Counted from the first letter of the stretch, positions 9,854 to 20,562 are shown. The stretch: DNA of 64,000 nucleotides from Candidatus Zhuqueibacterota bacterium (GCA_049322915.1 JBMOPW010000011.1:32001-96000), one strand, 5' to 3'. Notes: generated by a model from the sequence alone, not told the origin. Program-made: numbers and translations.

Positions 9854-12283
9854 ATGAAGCGAGCTTTCGTGGCTTCGTTGATCTTGCTCTGGGCGCTGAC
9901 GTGCCTCTCCGCTGTCTATGCTTCCGACACAGGGTACAGCGCCCGCGTCGATGAACTGTTTTCCTGGGCCGATACGGTGAGGACGGATAATTTCCTCATC
10001 GCGGCCGCTAAAATTTATCATGGGAAATCCGCCGATGAAGGCATTCAAATGTTCGAGCGCATGTTGCAGCGCCGCGACAATTCACCCAGCGGCATGTTCG
10101 CCATTTACAGCATGATGATCGGCTACCTGGCTGCCAGGGATAAAATGCCGCAATCGCTCCGGGATGATGTCCGCGATTATCTGGCTGTGGCCAATTTCTA
10201 TCGCGGCGACACTGAAAATCATCTCACCATGTACTATACCGGCCTGTACCTGGCTGCTCAGACCTTTCCGGATTTGCCGGCCAGGAAATGGTACACTGGA
10301 AAATCGTCTGCCGAGAACAAGCAGGAGGCTATGGACTGGTTTGATCTGTGGATGCGCCAGACAACCAGCATTGGTCAGGGCGAATTCGACTCCCCGACCT
10401 ATATGCCGGTGTTCATCGCGCCCATGTTCGGATTGTCCCAATTTGCCGAAGACCCGGTATTGAAACAAAACGCGTTGATCATGGTGCACTGGCTGATCGC
10501 TGATTTTGCCGTGGAACACTTGAACGGCGTCTACGTCGGCGCCCATAGCCGCGATTACCCGGAGCGGAAAATTCAGCCCAAACATCCCAGTTCGGATATG
10601 ACAGCCTGGGGTTGGCTGCTGTTCGGAAAAACAAATTCCCGCTATCACCCCACGTTGCTAGCGGCTGCGCTGAGCGATTTCAACCTGCCGGAAATTTTGT
10701 ATTCCATTGGAACGGATCGCGACACGCCCTATGTCCACACCGAGACCAAACGGGTTCGCAACATCATCCGCTTCAGCGAGCAGCGCAATCCGCCGGTCTA
10801 CAAATACACGTACATGACCGGAGAATACGGGCTCGGCTCCATGATGGGCGGAGGGATTTTACAGCCCATTCAGCAGCACACCTGGGATGTCACGTTCATG
10901 ACGGACAGCCCCTACATGTGCATTTTCACGGTGCACCCGTATATCGGCGAAAAAGACCTGGGCATGTTCTTTCCCGAGGAGATGAAATTCGCTTTCGATG
11001 AGGTGGCGCGGCATCACACCTATTACGCCGACGAGGGAAAATGGGCGAGCAGCTCTCCCTATGAAAAGACATTCCAGCACAAAAATACACTGATCGTTTT
11101 GTACAACATTCCGCCCCATGAACGCTATGGCCACATCGATGGATTCTTTCCTAAAGACCTGGCGCGCCGGGACAGCGATGCCTCCGGCTGGATTTTTTGC
11201 CGGGGCGGCAACACTTTCATCGCCTATTTTCCGCTTCAACCGTACGAGTGGATTGAGGAAGCGGACGCATTCCGGCTTCGAAGCCACGATTTGAAGAATG
11301 GCTGCATCGTCGAAGTGGCGCAGGCCGATGAATACGATTCTTTCGATGCGTTCAAGGCGCAGATTCGCACCAACACACTGGTGCACGATACATTCGACCA
11401 GACGCTGACCGTGAGCTACACGACCTCTGCCGGCGATATTATGACATTTGCCTACGACGGCGAACGCCGGCTGAATGGTCATTTCATCGATTATTCGACG
11501 TACAAACTTTTCGAGGGACCGTTTTTAAATGCAGAGCCGGGAAGCCGAACAATGGAAATCACTTACAAAGATGAAGGAATGGTTTTAGACATGGCGACAG
11601 AAGAGAAGGGGCAGATTTTACCGATGTATCTGTGCCCAAAAATTGATGAAGACTTTGCACTTACTGGAAAAATAGACAACCCGGCCTGGAACAAGTCCAG
11701 CGCTGTGCCATTGGTCGATGCCATCACCGGCAAAGACGGTAAATTCGCCACGACGGTGCAGGCGCTTTACAGCGATGCGTATTTGTACGTTGCCTTCACC
11801 TGCGCGGACGACTATATCTGGGGCACGGAGACGGAGCGCAATAGCCCGATTTACGACGAGGAATGTGTGGAAGTTTTTCTCAATCCGGCCAATGCCGGAC
11901 ATCAGTATTACGAAATCAATCTCAGCCCAAAGAACGTGGTTTTCGATGCTGCGTTGCTCAACAATCGGACGCCTGCCAATCCATTCGCCGAGTTCATGGG
12001 CTTCCCGGATTGGGACATGAAAAAGCTGGAAACTGCTGTGTCCATCGATGGCGAAGTCGACTCTGACGGCAATGGCCGAAGCTGGACCGCTGAGTTGAAA
12101 ATACCCATGGCCGAGTTGTTCGGAGCGCCCCATTGTCCCCCGCTGCCCGGCGATGTCTGGCGGGCGAATTTCTTCCGAATCGATTCCCCGAAGAAAGGCG
12201 AGCGGCATCATTATGCCTGGAGCCCCACGGAGCGAATCGCGTTTCATCTGCCGTGGCGGTTTGGCTATCTGAAATTTCAATAA
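9854..12283 (+). CDS. Secreted carbohydrate-active protein: uncharacterised helical/beta N-terminal region (heparinase II/III-like fold suspected) plus CBM9-like C-terminal domain
   Basis: Signal peptide; TENH and EFDSPTY motifs; C-terminal LYVAF, ECVEVFL, YYEINLSP, WTAELKIP, WRANFFR, FH.PWRFG typical of CBM9-like domains. Confidence 0.6.
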   Translation: MKRAFVASLILLWALTCLSAVYASDTGYSARVDELFSWADTVRTDNFLIAAAKIYHGKSADEGIQMFERMLQRRDNSPSGMFAIYSMMIGYLAARDKMPQSLRDDVRDYLAVANFYRGDTENHLTMYYTGLYLAAQTFPDLPARKWYTGKSSAENKQEAMDWFDLWMRQTTSIGQGEFDSPTYMPVFIAPMFGLSQFAEDPVLKQNALIMVHWLIADFAVEHLNGVYVGAHSRDYPERKIQPKHPSSDMTAWGWLLFGKTNSRYHPTLLAAALSDFNLPEILYSIGTDRDTPYVHTETKRVRNIIRFSEQRNPPVYKYTYMTGEYGLGSMMGGGILQPIQQHTWDVTFMTDSPYMCIFTVHPYIGEKDLGMFFPEEMKFAFDEVARHHTYYADEGKWASSSPYEKTFQHKNTLIVLYNIPPHERYGHIDGFFPKDLARRDSDASGWIFCRGGNTFIAYFPLQPYEWIEEADAFRLRSHDLKNGCIVEVAQADEYDSFDAFKAQIRTNTLVHDTFDQTLTVSYTTSAGDIMTFAYDGERRLNGHFIDYSTYKLFEGPFLNAEPGSRTMEITYKDEGMVLDMATEEKGQILPMYLCPKIDEDFALTGKIDNPAWNKSSAVPLVDAITGKDGKFATTVQALYSDAYLYVAFTCADDYIWGTETERNSPIYDEECVEVFLNPANAGHQYYEINLSPKNVVFDAALLNNRTPANPFAEFMGFPDWDMKKLETAVSIDGEVDSDGNGRSWTAELKIPMAELFGAPHCPPLPGDVWRANFFRIDSPKKGERHHYAWSPTERIAFHLPWRFGYLKFQ

Positions 12284-12365
12284 ATCCTTTTGGGAGCCTG
12301 GCCCGGGTTCCGGCGATTGATGATTCATCAAAACGTTGTATCGATTTCAGACAGGAGAATTCAGC

Positions 12366-14756
12366 ATGAAAAATTATCTTTTCTCCCTGGTGATTGTTGC
12401 GGTACTGATTCGAACAGTGATGGCCCAGGACTATCTGCCGGAATACAATCCGGTGTTTGAAGATTCGGTCATCGCGCAGGTATTTATAGAAATTGACCCG
12501 GATTCCCTCGCGCTCATTTTGAGCCCGGACAATCTCTACAGCGACCACGAATACCCGGCCACGTTCATTTTCGACAATGGCATCATTCGCGACACGCTGA
12601 CCCAGGTGGGATTCCGGCTGCGGGGAAACACCTCCCGCCAATCCCACAAAAAATCGTTCAAGGTCTCGTTCAACAGTTTCGAGAGCGGTCGCAAATTTTA
12701 CGACGTGGAAAAACTGAACCTGAACAGCGAGCACAACGATCCCAGCATTATCCGCTCAAAGCTGTGCTGGGATTTATTCGGGAACATGCGGGTGCCGGCG
12801 TCGCGGGCGAATCATGTCAAACTGACCATCAACGGCGAGTACTATGGGCTTTACATCAATGTCGAGCACATCGACGAAAATTTTGTCCGCTCCCGTTTCG
12901 GAAATGACGAGGGGAATTTGTACAAATGTCTTTACCCGGCCGACCTGGCCTATCAGGGCGACAATCCGGATGCGTATAAAGTTTATATCTACGGCCGGCG
13001 TATTTATGATCTGAAAACCAACACCGAGGCCGACGATTATTCCGATCTGGCTCTTCTCATCCAAACGCTGCATTCCACCGATGACTCCCAATTCCGGGCT
13101 GAAATTGAAAGGATATTCAACGTCCCCTCGTTTTTGCGGGCGCTGGCCGTGGACATTCTCACCGGAAGTTGGGATGATTACTGGTTCTGGAACAACAATT
13201 ATTACCTCTATTTCAATCAGCGAACCGGGAAATTCGAATTCATACCCTACGACTATGACAATTCCTTCGGCATCTGGTGGGACGGCATTATGCCCGGAAT
13301 CGACTGGGGCTATCGAAACGTGTACCAGTGGGGACATCCGGATCAACAGCGACCGCTGGTGACGCGCATTCTGGGCATCCAGGAATACCGCAATCGGCTC
13401 ACGTTCTATATCCGTCAGCTTGTCCAGGACTATTTCAACAGTGATTTTCTGGCTCCGGCCATCGATCGCATTCATGCCATAATCTCATCGGCAGCTGAGC
13501 AGGATACATTTCGTACGCTGGATTATGGTTTCACCATTCAGGATTTTCACAACTCGTACGAACAATCCCTGGGCGGCCATGTTCCTTATGGCGTGAAGCC
13601 GTATATTTCCACGCGCAGCCAGACGGCGCTGGATCAGCTTGAGACCGTGAACATCTCTCCCATCATTTCTGAAGTAATAATTTCTCCGGACATCCCGGTC
13701 GCAGGCCTCGATATCGCGCTCACCGCACGGATCGAAGATGAGGACAGCTATCGCTCGGTCAAAGTGGTCTATTTCATCAACAGCGTGCAGCAGCCGAGAA
13801 TGACCATGTACGACGATGGGCAGCATGGGGACGGCGCGCCCGGCGATGATATTTTTGGCGCGACCATTCCGGCGGTGAATCAATCTGCGCTCATTCAGTT
13901 TTACATCGTCGCTGCCGATCTCGCCGGCAACCAGACCGTGGAACCGTACGGCGCACCGGGTTCGATGTTTGAGATGAACATTGGCCTTTCCCAACTGAAG
14001 CTGTTCATCAATGAATTTATGGCCAGCAATAATGCAACCCTCGCCGATCCGTTCGGCGACTATGATGACTGGATTGAAATTTACAACGGCGACACCAGCG
14101 CTATCTGGCTGGGCGATAAATTTTTGACCGACAACCTCGCCAACCCTGATAAATGGGCGTTGCCGGACACGACGCTGTCCCCCGGCCAATTCCTGCTGAT
14201 CTGGGCCGATGATGAGGTCGAACAGGGCCCGCTGCACACCAGTTACAAACTCGATCGCGACAGCGAGGAGATCGGCCTGTTCGACTCCGAAGCCAACGGT
14301 TTTGCCCTGATCGATTCGGTGACCTACGGCTACCAGGTTACGGATGTTTCCATGGGACGAGTGCCTGATGGCGGCCACATCTGGCAGTCGCTGTTGCAGC
14401 CAAGCCCGGGTTATTCGAATGTCGCCACCGGCATTCAGCGTCCTGGCCCGGCTACGCCGGTTGATTTTCAATTGATGCAGAATTACCCCAATCCGTTCAA
14501 CGCCGAGACTGTGATCACGGCCCTGGCGCCGGTCGCTTCGCATCTGAGGCTGACCATCACCAATATTTTAGGCGAGCAGGTGCGCCGGATAGATGAAAAG
14601 CATTGCGCCCCGGGTGTGATTCGTTTTCGCTGGAACGGGACCGATGACGCCGGCGCGACCCTGGCTTCGGGCGTCTATTTCGCCAGACTGGAGGCGCTGG
14701 ATACGGCTGGAAATCGCATCGCATATTCAAAAATTAAAGTACTATTTATTCAGTGA
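12366..14756 (+). CDS. CotH-family kinase with Ca-binding Ig-like domain, lamin-tail domain and FlgD/T9SS-like tail
   Basis: RLRGNTSR, KKSFKV, GLYINVE, NNYYLY, IPYDYDNSFG; MYDDGQHGD; INEFMASN...DWIEIYN; QNYPNPFN; AGGAGA before ATG 12366. Confidence 0.88.
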   Translation: MKNYLFSLVIVAVLIRTVMAQDYLPEYNPVFEDSVIAQVFIEIDPDSLALILSPDNLYSDHEYPATFIFDNGIIRDTLTQVGFRLRGNTSRQSHKKSFKVSFNSFESGRKFYDVEKLNLNSEHNDPSIIRSKLCWDLFGNMRVPASRANHVKLTINGEYYGLYINVEHIDENFVRSRFGNDEGNLYKCLYPADLAYQGDNPDAYKVYIYGRRIYDLKTNTEADDYSDLALLIQTLHSTDDSQFRAEIERIFNVPSFLRALAVDILTGSWDDYWFWNNNYYLYFNQRTGKFEFIPYDYDNSFGIWWDGIMPGIDWGYRNVYQWGHPDQQRPLVTRILGIQEYRNRLTFYIRQLVQDYFNSDFLAPAIDRIHAIISSAAEQDTFRTLDYGFTIQDFHNSYEQSLGGHVPYGVKPYISTRSQTALDQLETVNISPIISEVIISPDIPVAGLDIALTARIEDEDSYRSVKVVYFINSVQQPRMTMYDDGQHGDGAPGDDIFGATIPAVNQSALIQFYIVAADLAGNQTVEPYGAPGSMFEMNIGLSQLKLFINEFMASNNATLADPFGDYDDWIEIYNGDTSAIWLGDKFLTDNLANPDKWALPDTTLSPGQFLLIWADDEVEQGPLHTSYKLDRDSEEIGLFDSEANGFALIDSVTYGYQVTDVSMGRVPDGGHIWQSLLQPSPGYSNVATGIQRPGPATPVDFQLMQNYPNPFNAETVITALAPVASHLRLTITNILGEQVRRIDEKHCAPGVIRFRWNGTDDAGATLASGVYFARLEALDTAGNRIAYSKIKVLFIQ

Positions 14757-14796
14757 AATATTCAGACGCAACATCAGCAAAGAAAAGGATGGTGTG

Positions 14797-16569
14797 ATGC
14801 CACGAAATCATTCAATGAAGTTCTTTTTCAAACTGATTCTCTCGTTTCTTCTGCTCATATTTTGCTCCGTCAATTCCGCCAGTGGCCAGAGCGCGGTCAA
14901 CTTTGCCGGGCACATGCACTCACTGGAAAAATCCATCGGCGGCCGCATTGGCATCGCGGCCCGAAATCTCCGCACCGGCGAGACCCTGGCCTATAAATCC
15001 GAAGAGAAATTTCCCTCGGCCAGCGTCATCAAAGTGCCGGTGATGGTCGAATATTTTTATCAGGTCGCCGAAGGCAAAATTTCACCTGCGCAAAAAATGA
15101 AGCTCGACGAGTCCAATAAATTCGGGGGTTCAGGTCTGTACCAGTACTTCTTCGGCGCAACCGAGCAGCAACTCATCGATGCGGTGAGCATGATGATCAT
15201 CGTCAGCGACAATACAGCCACCAATCTTGTCCTTGACGCGCTGGGCAGCACGCACGAGGAAAAACTGGCCGCAGTGAACGAACGCATGAAGAGCCTCGGC
15301 TTGAAGGACACCCGCCTGCTCAACAAACTGATGTCGTGGCCGACAAAGACCAACGCGCCGGAGTCGATTCGCTACGGCGTGGGGGTCACAACGCCGCAGG
15401 ACATGGTCATGCTGATGGAGAAAATGTACACCTGCCAGTTGGCCGATTCCAGCGTCTGCCGGCAGATGATCGACATGTTGGCGAAGCAGGAATATAACGA
15501 CATGATCCCGCGGTTGTTGCCGTTCGAGTCAGCGCCGGCATTGCGCGTGGCCCATAAAACGGGCAGCGTCACCGGCGTGGCCAATGACATCGGGCTGATT
15601 CTCTCGCCCAACGCCGATATTGCCATTGCGATCTTCTGCGACCAGATTCAGGACAGGCGCGAAAGTTCGGAGAATAGCGGGGTAATGGCGGCGGCCCAGG
15701 CTGCGCGCCTGGTTTGGAATCACTTCACCGGCGCGAATGGCGTTGACCGGCCGGCAGCGTACCGCGTCGACTGGAGCAGCTTTCCCGGCGGTGAATGGAC
15801 GCGCATTTTTCTGACTCACGGCTTGTTCCCCCATCCGGCGCGGATGAGCGGCCATCGCTATCAGGAGACATTTTTCCCGGCCGACCCGCATTATCTGGAC
15901 AGCAGCGCGGTGATTTTTGTGCCGAAAGGCTTTTACGAAACCGACCGCGGCGTCGATGTCATCGTGCATTTTCACGGTTGGAACAACGATGTGCTGAATG
16001 TGATGGAAAAATTCGATCTGTTTCAACAACTCATTGCCTCGCAGAAAAATGCCATTCTCGTTCTGGCGCAGGGACCCTATCGGGCATCGGACTCCCACGG
16101 CGGAACCATGGAAGACGCGGATGGATTGAAGCGCTTCATCGATGAGATCGTTCTGATTCTGAAAAACGAGCGGCGCATTGTCCAGCCCCGGGCGGGCAAC
16201 GTCATCCTCTCAGCCCACAGCGGCGGCTATCGCCCGGCAATTTTCTCCGTGGAACGAGGCGGACTGTCGGAGCGCATTGCCGAGGTTTTTCTCTTCGACG
16301 CTTTTTACGGCGAGACCGAGCGGCTCATTCCCTGGCTGCTCAGCGACAAAGGCCATCGGTTGCGGAGCATTTACACCGAACATCTTGCGCCGGAACATCA
16401 CCAATTCATGAAGCTGCTGGACAAAGCCAATCTGAAATTTGGCAATCAGTTCAAGACGAAGGACAGGATTACGCTCTCGCCCACAGATGTCTCGCACAAC
16501 GATGTCATTTTGGGTACATTTCAGCAATGGTTGGAAGGCAGTTGCCTGCCGAATCGGAAGCCGCAGTGA
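14797..16569 (+). CDS. Class A beta-lactamase-like serine hydrolase fused to an alpha/beta-hydrolase domain
   Basis: SASVIK (SxxK), SDN, HKTG; C-terminal VHFHGW, AHSGG, LFDAFY, SHND; signal peptide after ATG 14797/14815. Confidence 0.82.
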   Translation: MPRNHSMKFFFKLILSFLLLIFCSVNSASGQSAVNFAGHMHSLEKSIGGRIGIAARNLRTGETLAYKSEEKFPSASVIKVPVMVEYFYQVAEGKISPAQKMKLDESNKFGGSGLYQYFFGATEQQLIDAVSMMIIVSDNTATNLVLDALGSTHEEKLAAVNERMKSLGLKDTRLLNKLMSWPTKTNAPESIRYGVGVTTPQDMVMLMEKMYTCQLADSSVCRQMIDMLAKQEYNDMIPRLLPFESAPALRVAHKTGSVTGVANDIGLILSPNADIAIAIFCDQIQDRRESSENSGVMAAAQAARLVWNHFTGANGVDRPAAYRVDWSSFPGGEWTRIFLTHGLFPHPARMSGHRYQETFFPADPHYLDSSAVIFVPKGFYETDRGVDVIVHFHGWNNDVLNVMEKFDLFQQLIASQKNAILVLAQGPYRASDSHGGTMEDADGLKRFIDEIVLILKNERRIVQPRAGNVILSAHSGGYRPAIFSVERGGLSERIAEVFLFDAFYGETERLIPWLLSDKGHRLRSIYTEHLAPEHHQFMKLLDKANLKFGNQFKTKDRITLSPTDVSHNDVILGTFQQWLEGSCLPNRKPQ

Positions 16570-16574
16570 TGGAT

Positions 16575-16608
16575 AAAAAAAATCCCCGGCGAAGCAGGAC
16601 GCCGGGGA
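16575..16608 (-). terminator. Intrinsic terminator downstream of csp
   Basis: TCCCCGGCG/CGCCGGGGA stem with an A tract on the plus strand, i.e. a U tract on the minus transcript. Confidence 0.75.
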
Positions 16609-16632
16609 GATACGCAGCGGTGAATCGTTTTG

Positions 16633-16836
16633 CTATCGGTTAACGGAAACGTTTGTCGCTTGCAAACCTTTGTCTGTCTCTTCAACCTCGAATTGAACAC
16701 TATCGCCCTGGCGCAGCGTTTTATAGCCTTCCGCCTGGATAGATTTGAAATGAACAAAAACGTCATCCCCAGATTCTCTCTGGATAAAACCATAGCCCTT
16801 GGAAGCGTTGAACCACTTCACTGTTCCTTTTTCCAT
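16633..16836 (-). CDS. csp: Cold-shock protein (CspA family)
   Basis: [15 protein letters not shown] (RNP1), DVFVHF (RNP2). Confidence 0.97.
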   Translation of the reverse strand: MEKGTVKWFNASKGYGFIQRESGDDVFVHFKSIQAEGYKTLRQGDSVQFEVEETDKGLQATNVSVNR

Positions 16837-16976
16837 CAAGTCAATCCCTCAAATTTAAATGATACAATTGTACAGCACCACTTTTCACCCGTCTCATCCA
16901 TCACGATCAGATCACATCCGTCAACTCGTTTAATGATAGAGAGATAATGAAAGCCGGTCAGATCGAATTACGGCTA

Positions 16977-17005
16977 AAGATAAAATAAATATTTTTAAAA
17001 GTCAA
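16977..17005 (-). promoter_or_regulatory. Candidate csp promoter giving a ~135-nt 5' UTR
   Basis: TTGACT-17-TATCTT on the minus strand; long leaders are typical of csp mRNAs. Confidence 0.55.
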
Positions 17006-17220
17006 GATTTTTTCCTATTTTTTAATGATTGTCGTATGATTTGAATGGCATCCAAATTAAACTAACGACGCGATCAGAGTTTTTTTCCCAAAGAATCAGG
17101 ATTTTCGACTGTCAAATTCGTTGCCAATCGTGATTTGCCGGTTCAGCCGCGCGCTCTGAAAAAACCAGCAATGATCTCTTGAATCCTTCAGGTTAAATGC
17201 GGCCGGTTGCATAATTTCGT

Positions 17221-17249
17221 TTGACATTCCTCGGTTTGTTTGTTATATT
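17221..17249 (+). promoter_or_regulatory. sigma70-type promoter with extended -10
   Basis: TTGACA-17-TATATT with TG at 17241-17242. Confidence 0.7.
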
Positions 17250-17297
17250 CTCTGCAACTGTAACTCGACAATTCCAACTCAAACTCAAGGACCTCCC

Positions 17298-17822
17298 ATG
17301 ATCTCAATCGCTCCGAAAGATCTGAAGATTCATCCGGTTGACCTGTGGCTCAATCAGTGGTTGCTGTTGACAGTCGGAGATAGACACGCGTTCAATACCA
17401 TGACTGTTGCCTGGGGCAGCATCGGCGGCATGTGGCAAAAGCCATTCGTCCAGGTGGTTGTCCGGCCAACGCGGCACACATTCAAATTCATTGAAAAATA
17501 TTCGACGTTCACGCTCTGCGCCTTTTCAGAAAGCCATCGCAAAGCATTGGCCTATCTGGGCACCAAATCAGGCCGAGACGGCAACAAAATTCAGGAATCG
17601 GGCCTGACCATCATCGATTCCCACGCGGTGGATGCGCCTTCATTCAAAGAGGCGGAGCTGATTCTGGAATGCAAAAAAATTTACTGGCAGGATATGAACC
17701 CCCACAATTTCATTGACACTGCCATTCACAGAAACTACCCGGCCAAGGACTATCATCGCATTTACTTCGGCGAAATTGTCTACGTCCTGGCGGACGATTC
17801 TTTCAAAAATTCACCCGAATGA
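17298..17822 (+). CDS. Flavin reductase-like (FMN split barrel) protein
   Basis: FNTMTVAWG, VRPTRHT, GTKSGRD, LECK, YHRIYFGEI. Confidence 0.9.
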   Translation: MISIAPKDLKIHPVDLWLNQWLLLTVGDRHAFNTMTVAWGSIGGMWQKPFVQVVVRPTRHTFKFIEKYSTFTLCAFSESHRKALAYLGTKSGRDGNKIQESGLTIIDSHAVDAPSFKEAELILECKKIYWQDMNPHNFIDTAIHRNYPAKDYHRIYFGEIVYVLADDSFKNSPE

Positions 17823-17839
17823 TGATGTGGGAAAACGCC

Positions 17840-20362
17840 ATGAATACGTTCAAGTTTCGATTATTCGCTCTCATCTTTTCTGCGACGATGCTTTGGTGCA
17901 GCAACCACGCCGGTCACTCGCAGAGCTGGATTCGGATCAATCAACTGGGTTATGTACCGGCATCGATCAAAGTCGCGGTGCTCGTGAGCAAGGATGACAT
18001 TGACTGCGCGCGTTTCTCGCTTCACGATGCAGCAACGAAACAGGAGGTCTGGTCTTCCAATTCAGTGCAGGCCGCCGGCGGATACGGTCCGTTCGTTCGT
18101 ACCTTTCGGCTCGATTTCTCCCGGTTCGATCAACCTGGCGACTATTACATTAAAACCAACGCCGCCGCATCGCCGGTCTTCCCCATTGGCGCGGATGTCT
18201 ACGCCGGCGCCGCCGATTTTCTTCTCCTGTACATGCGTCAGCAGCGCTGCGGATTCAATCCATTTTTGAACGACTCCTGCCACACGCACGATGGGTTCAC
18301 CATTTACGGGCCCATACCGGACGGCACGCCCATCGATGCCATCGGCGGCTGGCATGATGCCGGCGATTATCTGCAGTACGTGACAACCTCGGCCAACGCG
18401 ACCTACCACCTGCTGTTTGCCTATCGGGAGAACCCGGCGTCGTTCGGCGATGAGTTTTCAGCTAATGGCCTTCCCGGTAAAAATGGCCTGGCCGATGTGC
18501 TGGACGAGGCCAAATGGGGCCTGGATTGGCTGCTCAAAATGCATCCGCGCGAAGATTGGATGTTCAACCAAATTGCCGACGACCGCGACCACGCCGGTTG
18601 GCGGCTGCCAAACCAGGATACCACAAAATACGGAGTCGTGGGCCTGGCGCGGCCGGTGTATTTCTGCAATGGTCAGCCTCAGGGGCTGTTTCGATATAAA
18701 AATAGAACCACAGGCGCTGCGTCCACTGCTGGAAAATTCGCGGCAGCGTTTGCCCTGGGCGCTGAGATTTTCAGTGAAATCGATCCGGACTATGCCCGGC
18801 ACTTGGCCACGAAGGCAGCATCGGCCTATCGTTTCGGCGAGGCCAGGCCCGGCGTCTGCCAGACCGCACCCTGTCGCGCCCCGTATTTTTACGAAGAAGA
18901 CAACTGGGTCGATGATATGGAATTAGGTGCTGCGGCTCTCTTTGCATTGACGGAGCAGCCGGCATATTTCGACGATGCACTGAATTTCAGTCGCGACGAA
19001 CGAGTCACTCCCTGGATGGGCGCGGACACTGCCCGGCATTATCAGTGGTATCCCTTCATGAATCTCGGCCATTTTGAATTGGCCCGCAATGCATCGGAAG
19101 CGACCCGCACCGAACTGGCTGAAAATTATCAGGAGGGCCTGCGACGAACCTACGCCCGCGGGAAAGATAATCCGTTTCTGATGGGCGCGCCATTCATCTG
19201 GTGCTCGAATAACCTGGTTGTTGCCCTGGCGACGCAATGCAATCTGTATCATCGATTGACCGGGGACAGCACGTATCTCGAAATGGAGGCTGCGCTGCGC
19301 GATTGGCTGTTCGGCGCAAATCCCTGGGGCGTGAGCATGGTCATCGGACTGCCCACCAGCGGGACGTACGCCCATGATTCCCATTCCGCCTTCTCCAATC
19401 TGCACGGCTATCCCGTGGACGGTGGATTACTGGACGGGCCGGTGTACGGCAGCATTTTTCGCAGCCTGAAATATGTGGCGCTTCGCGAGACCGACGAATA
19501 CGCGCCGTTCCAGTCGGATCTGGTCGTCTATCACGATGATGTCGGAGACTATGCGACCAATGAAGCGACCATGGATGGAACCGCGACGCTTGTTCCGTAT
19601 CTCGCTGCGCTGGACGCACAGGGACGATTTGCAACTCCCGGCCGCCAGCAGCGTCGCGAATATCAATTCAGCCACGGCGCGATCATTCGCGGCGACACCA
19701 CCCAAAAGGCGTTGGCGCTGGTCTTCACCGGCGATGAGTTTGCCGATGGCGGCGACACCATTCGGGCCGTGCTGAAAAGGCATGGGGCGCCTGCGTCCTT
19801 CTTCTTCACCGGGAATTTCTACCGGAATCCGGCCTTCGCGCCTTTAATTCATCAATTGAACCAGGACGGTCATCTGCTCGGGCCGCATTCGGACCGGCAT
19901 CTGCTCTATTGCGACTGGGACAATCGCGACAGCCTGCTCGTCACCCGGCGCCAGTTCGAAACCGATATGAAGACCAATCTGCGCGCCATGCAGCAACTGG
20001 GAATTCCCTCGGCGCAGCGCCAATATTTCATCCCCCCTTTTGAATGGTACAACGCCACCATCAGTCGCTGGGCGCAGCAGATGGGGCTGATCCTGTTCAA
20101 TTTTACGCCGGGCACATTGTCCCACGCGGATTGGACTTATCCCCAACTCGGGCGCGGCTATGCGACTGCCGATCACATTTTCGACAGCATTCTTTCATTC
20201 GAAAAAAAACAGCCGCAGGGTCTTAACGGATTCATTCTGCTGAGCCACATCGGCGCAGATCCCCGTCGTCCGGATAAATTCTACCACCATCTCGATGCGC
20301 TTCTTCGCCATCTTTCCGAACGCGGTTATGCCTTCAAACGCATTGACGCGCTGATTGATTAA
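17840..20362 (+). CDS. GH9 glycoside hydrolase (N-terminal Ig) fused to CE4/NodB polysaccharide deacetylase
   Basis: IRINQLGY, GGWHDAGDY, NEATMDGTA; C-terminal LVFTGD, ASFFFTG, GPHSDRHL, IPPFEW, ILLSHIG. Confidence 0.9.
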   Translation: MNTFKFRLFALIFSATMLWCSNHAGHSQSWIRINQLGYVPASIKVAVLVSKDDIDCARFSLHDAATKQEVWSSNSVQAAGGYGPFVRTFRLDFSRFDQPGDYYIKTNAAASPVFPIGADVYAGAADFLLLYMRQQRCGFNPFLNDSCHTHDGFTIYGPIPDGTPIDAIGGWHDAGDYLQYVTTSANATYHLLFAYRENPASFGDEFSANGLPGKNGLADVLDEAKWGLDWLLKMHPREDWMFNQIADDRDHAGWRLPNQDTTKYGVVGLARPVYFCNGQPQGLFRYKNRTTGAASTAGKFAAAFALGAEIFSEIDPDYARHLATKAASAYRFGEARPGVCQTAPCRAPYFYEEDNWVDDMELGAAALFALTEQPAYFDDALNFSRDERVTPWMGADTARHYQWYPFMNLGHFELARNASEATRTELAENYQEGLRRTYARGKDNPFLMGAPFIWCSNNLVVALATQCNLYHRLTGDSTYLEMEAALRDWLFGANPWGVSMVIGLPTSGTYAHDSHSAFSNLHGYPVDGGLLDGPVYGSIFRSLKYVALRETDEYAPFQSDLVVYHDDVGDYATNEATMDGTATLVPYLAALDAQGRFATPGRQQRREYQFSHGAIIRGDTTQKALALVFTGDEFADGGDTIRAVLKRHGAPASFFFTGNFYRNPAFAPLIHQLNQDGHLLGPHSDRHLLYCDWDNRDSLLVTRRQFETDMKTNLRAMQQLGIPSAQRQYFIPPFEWYNATISRWAQQMGLILFNFTPGTLSHADWTYPQLGRGYATADHIFDSILSFEKKQPQGLNGFILLSHIGADPRRPDKFYHHLDALLRHLSERGYAFKRIDALID

Positions 20363-20562
20363 CCGACTTTTCCAAGACCGCTTTTCAAAATCTTGATTGT
20401 TATTTCTTGCTGGCCGCTTCCCCTCCTGTTATTTTTTTCAGCCGAATGTCGACATTGATAATAGTGCTCCTTCTTCTTGTACGGTCTGGACAGACAGCCC
20501 TGACCGATTTTTTCGCTGAGCTGCACCTCATTTTAAAAACGGATTCCCGGAGCGTTTTTGCC

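Noticed and set aside
13485..14543. Long antisense ORFs (this 352-aa one, also 55445-56323, 29601-30368 and similar)
   Set aside because: Shadows of well-supported genes on the opposite strand, with no motifs.
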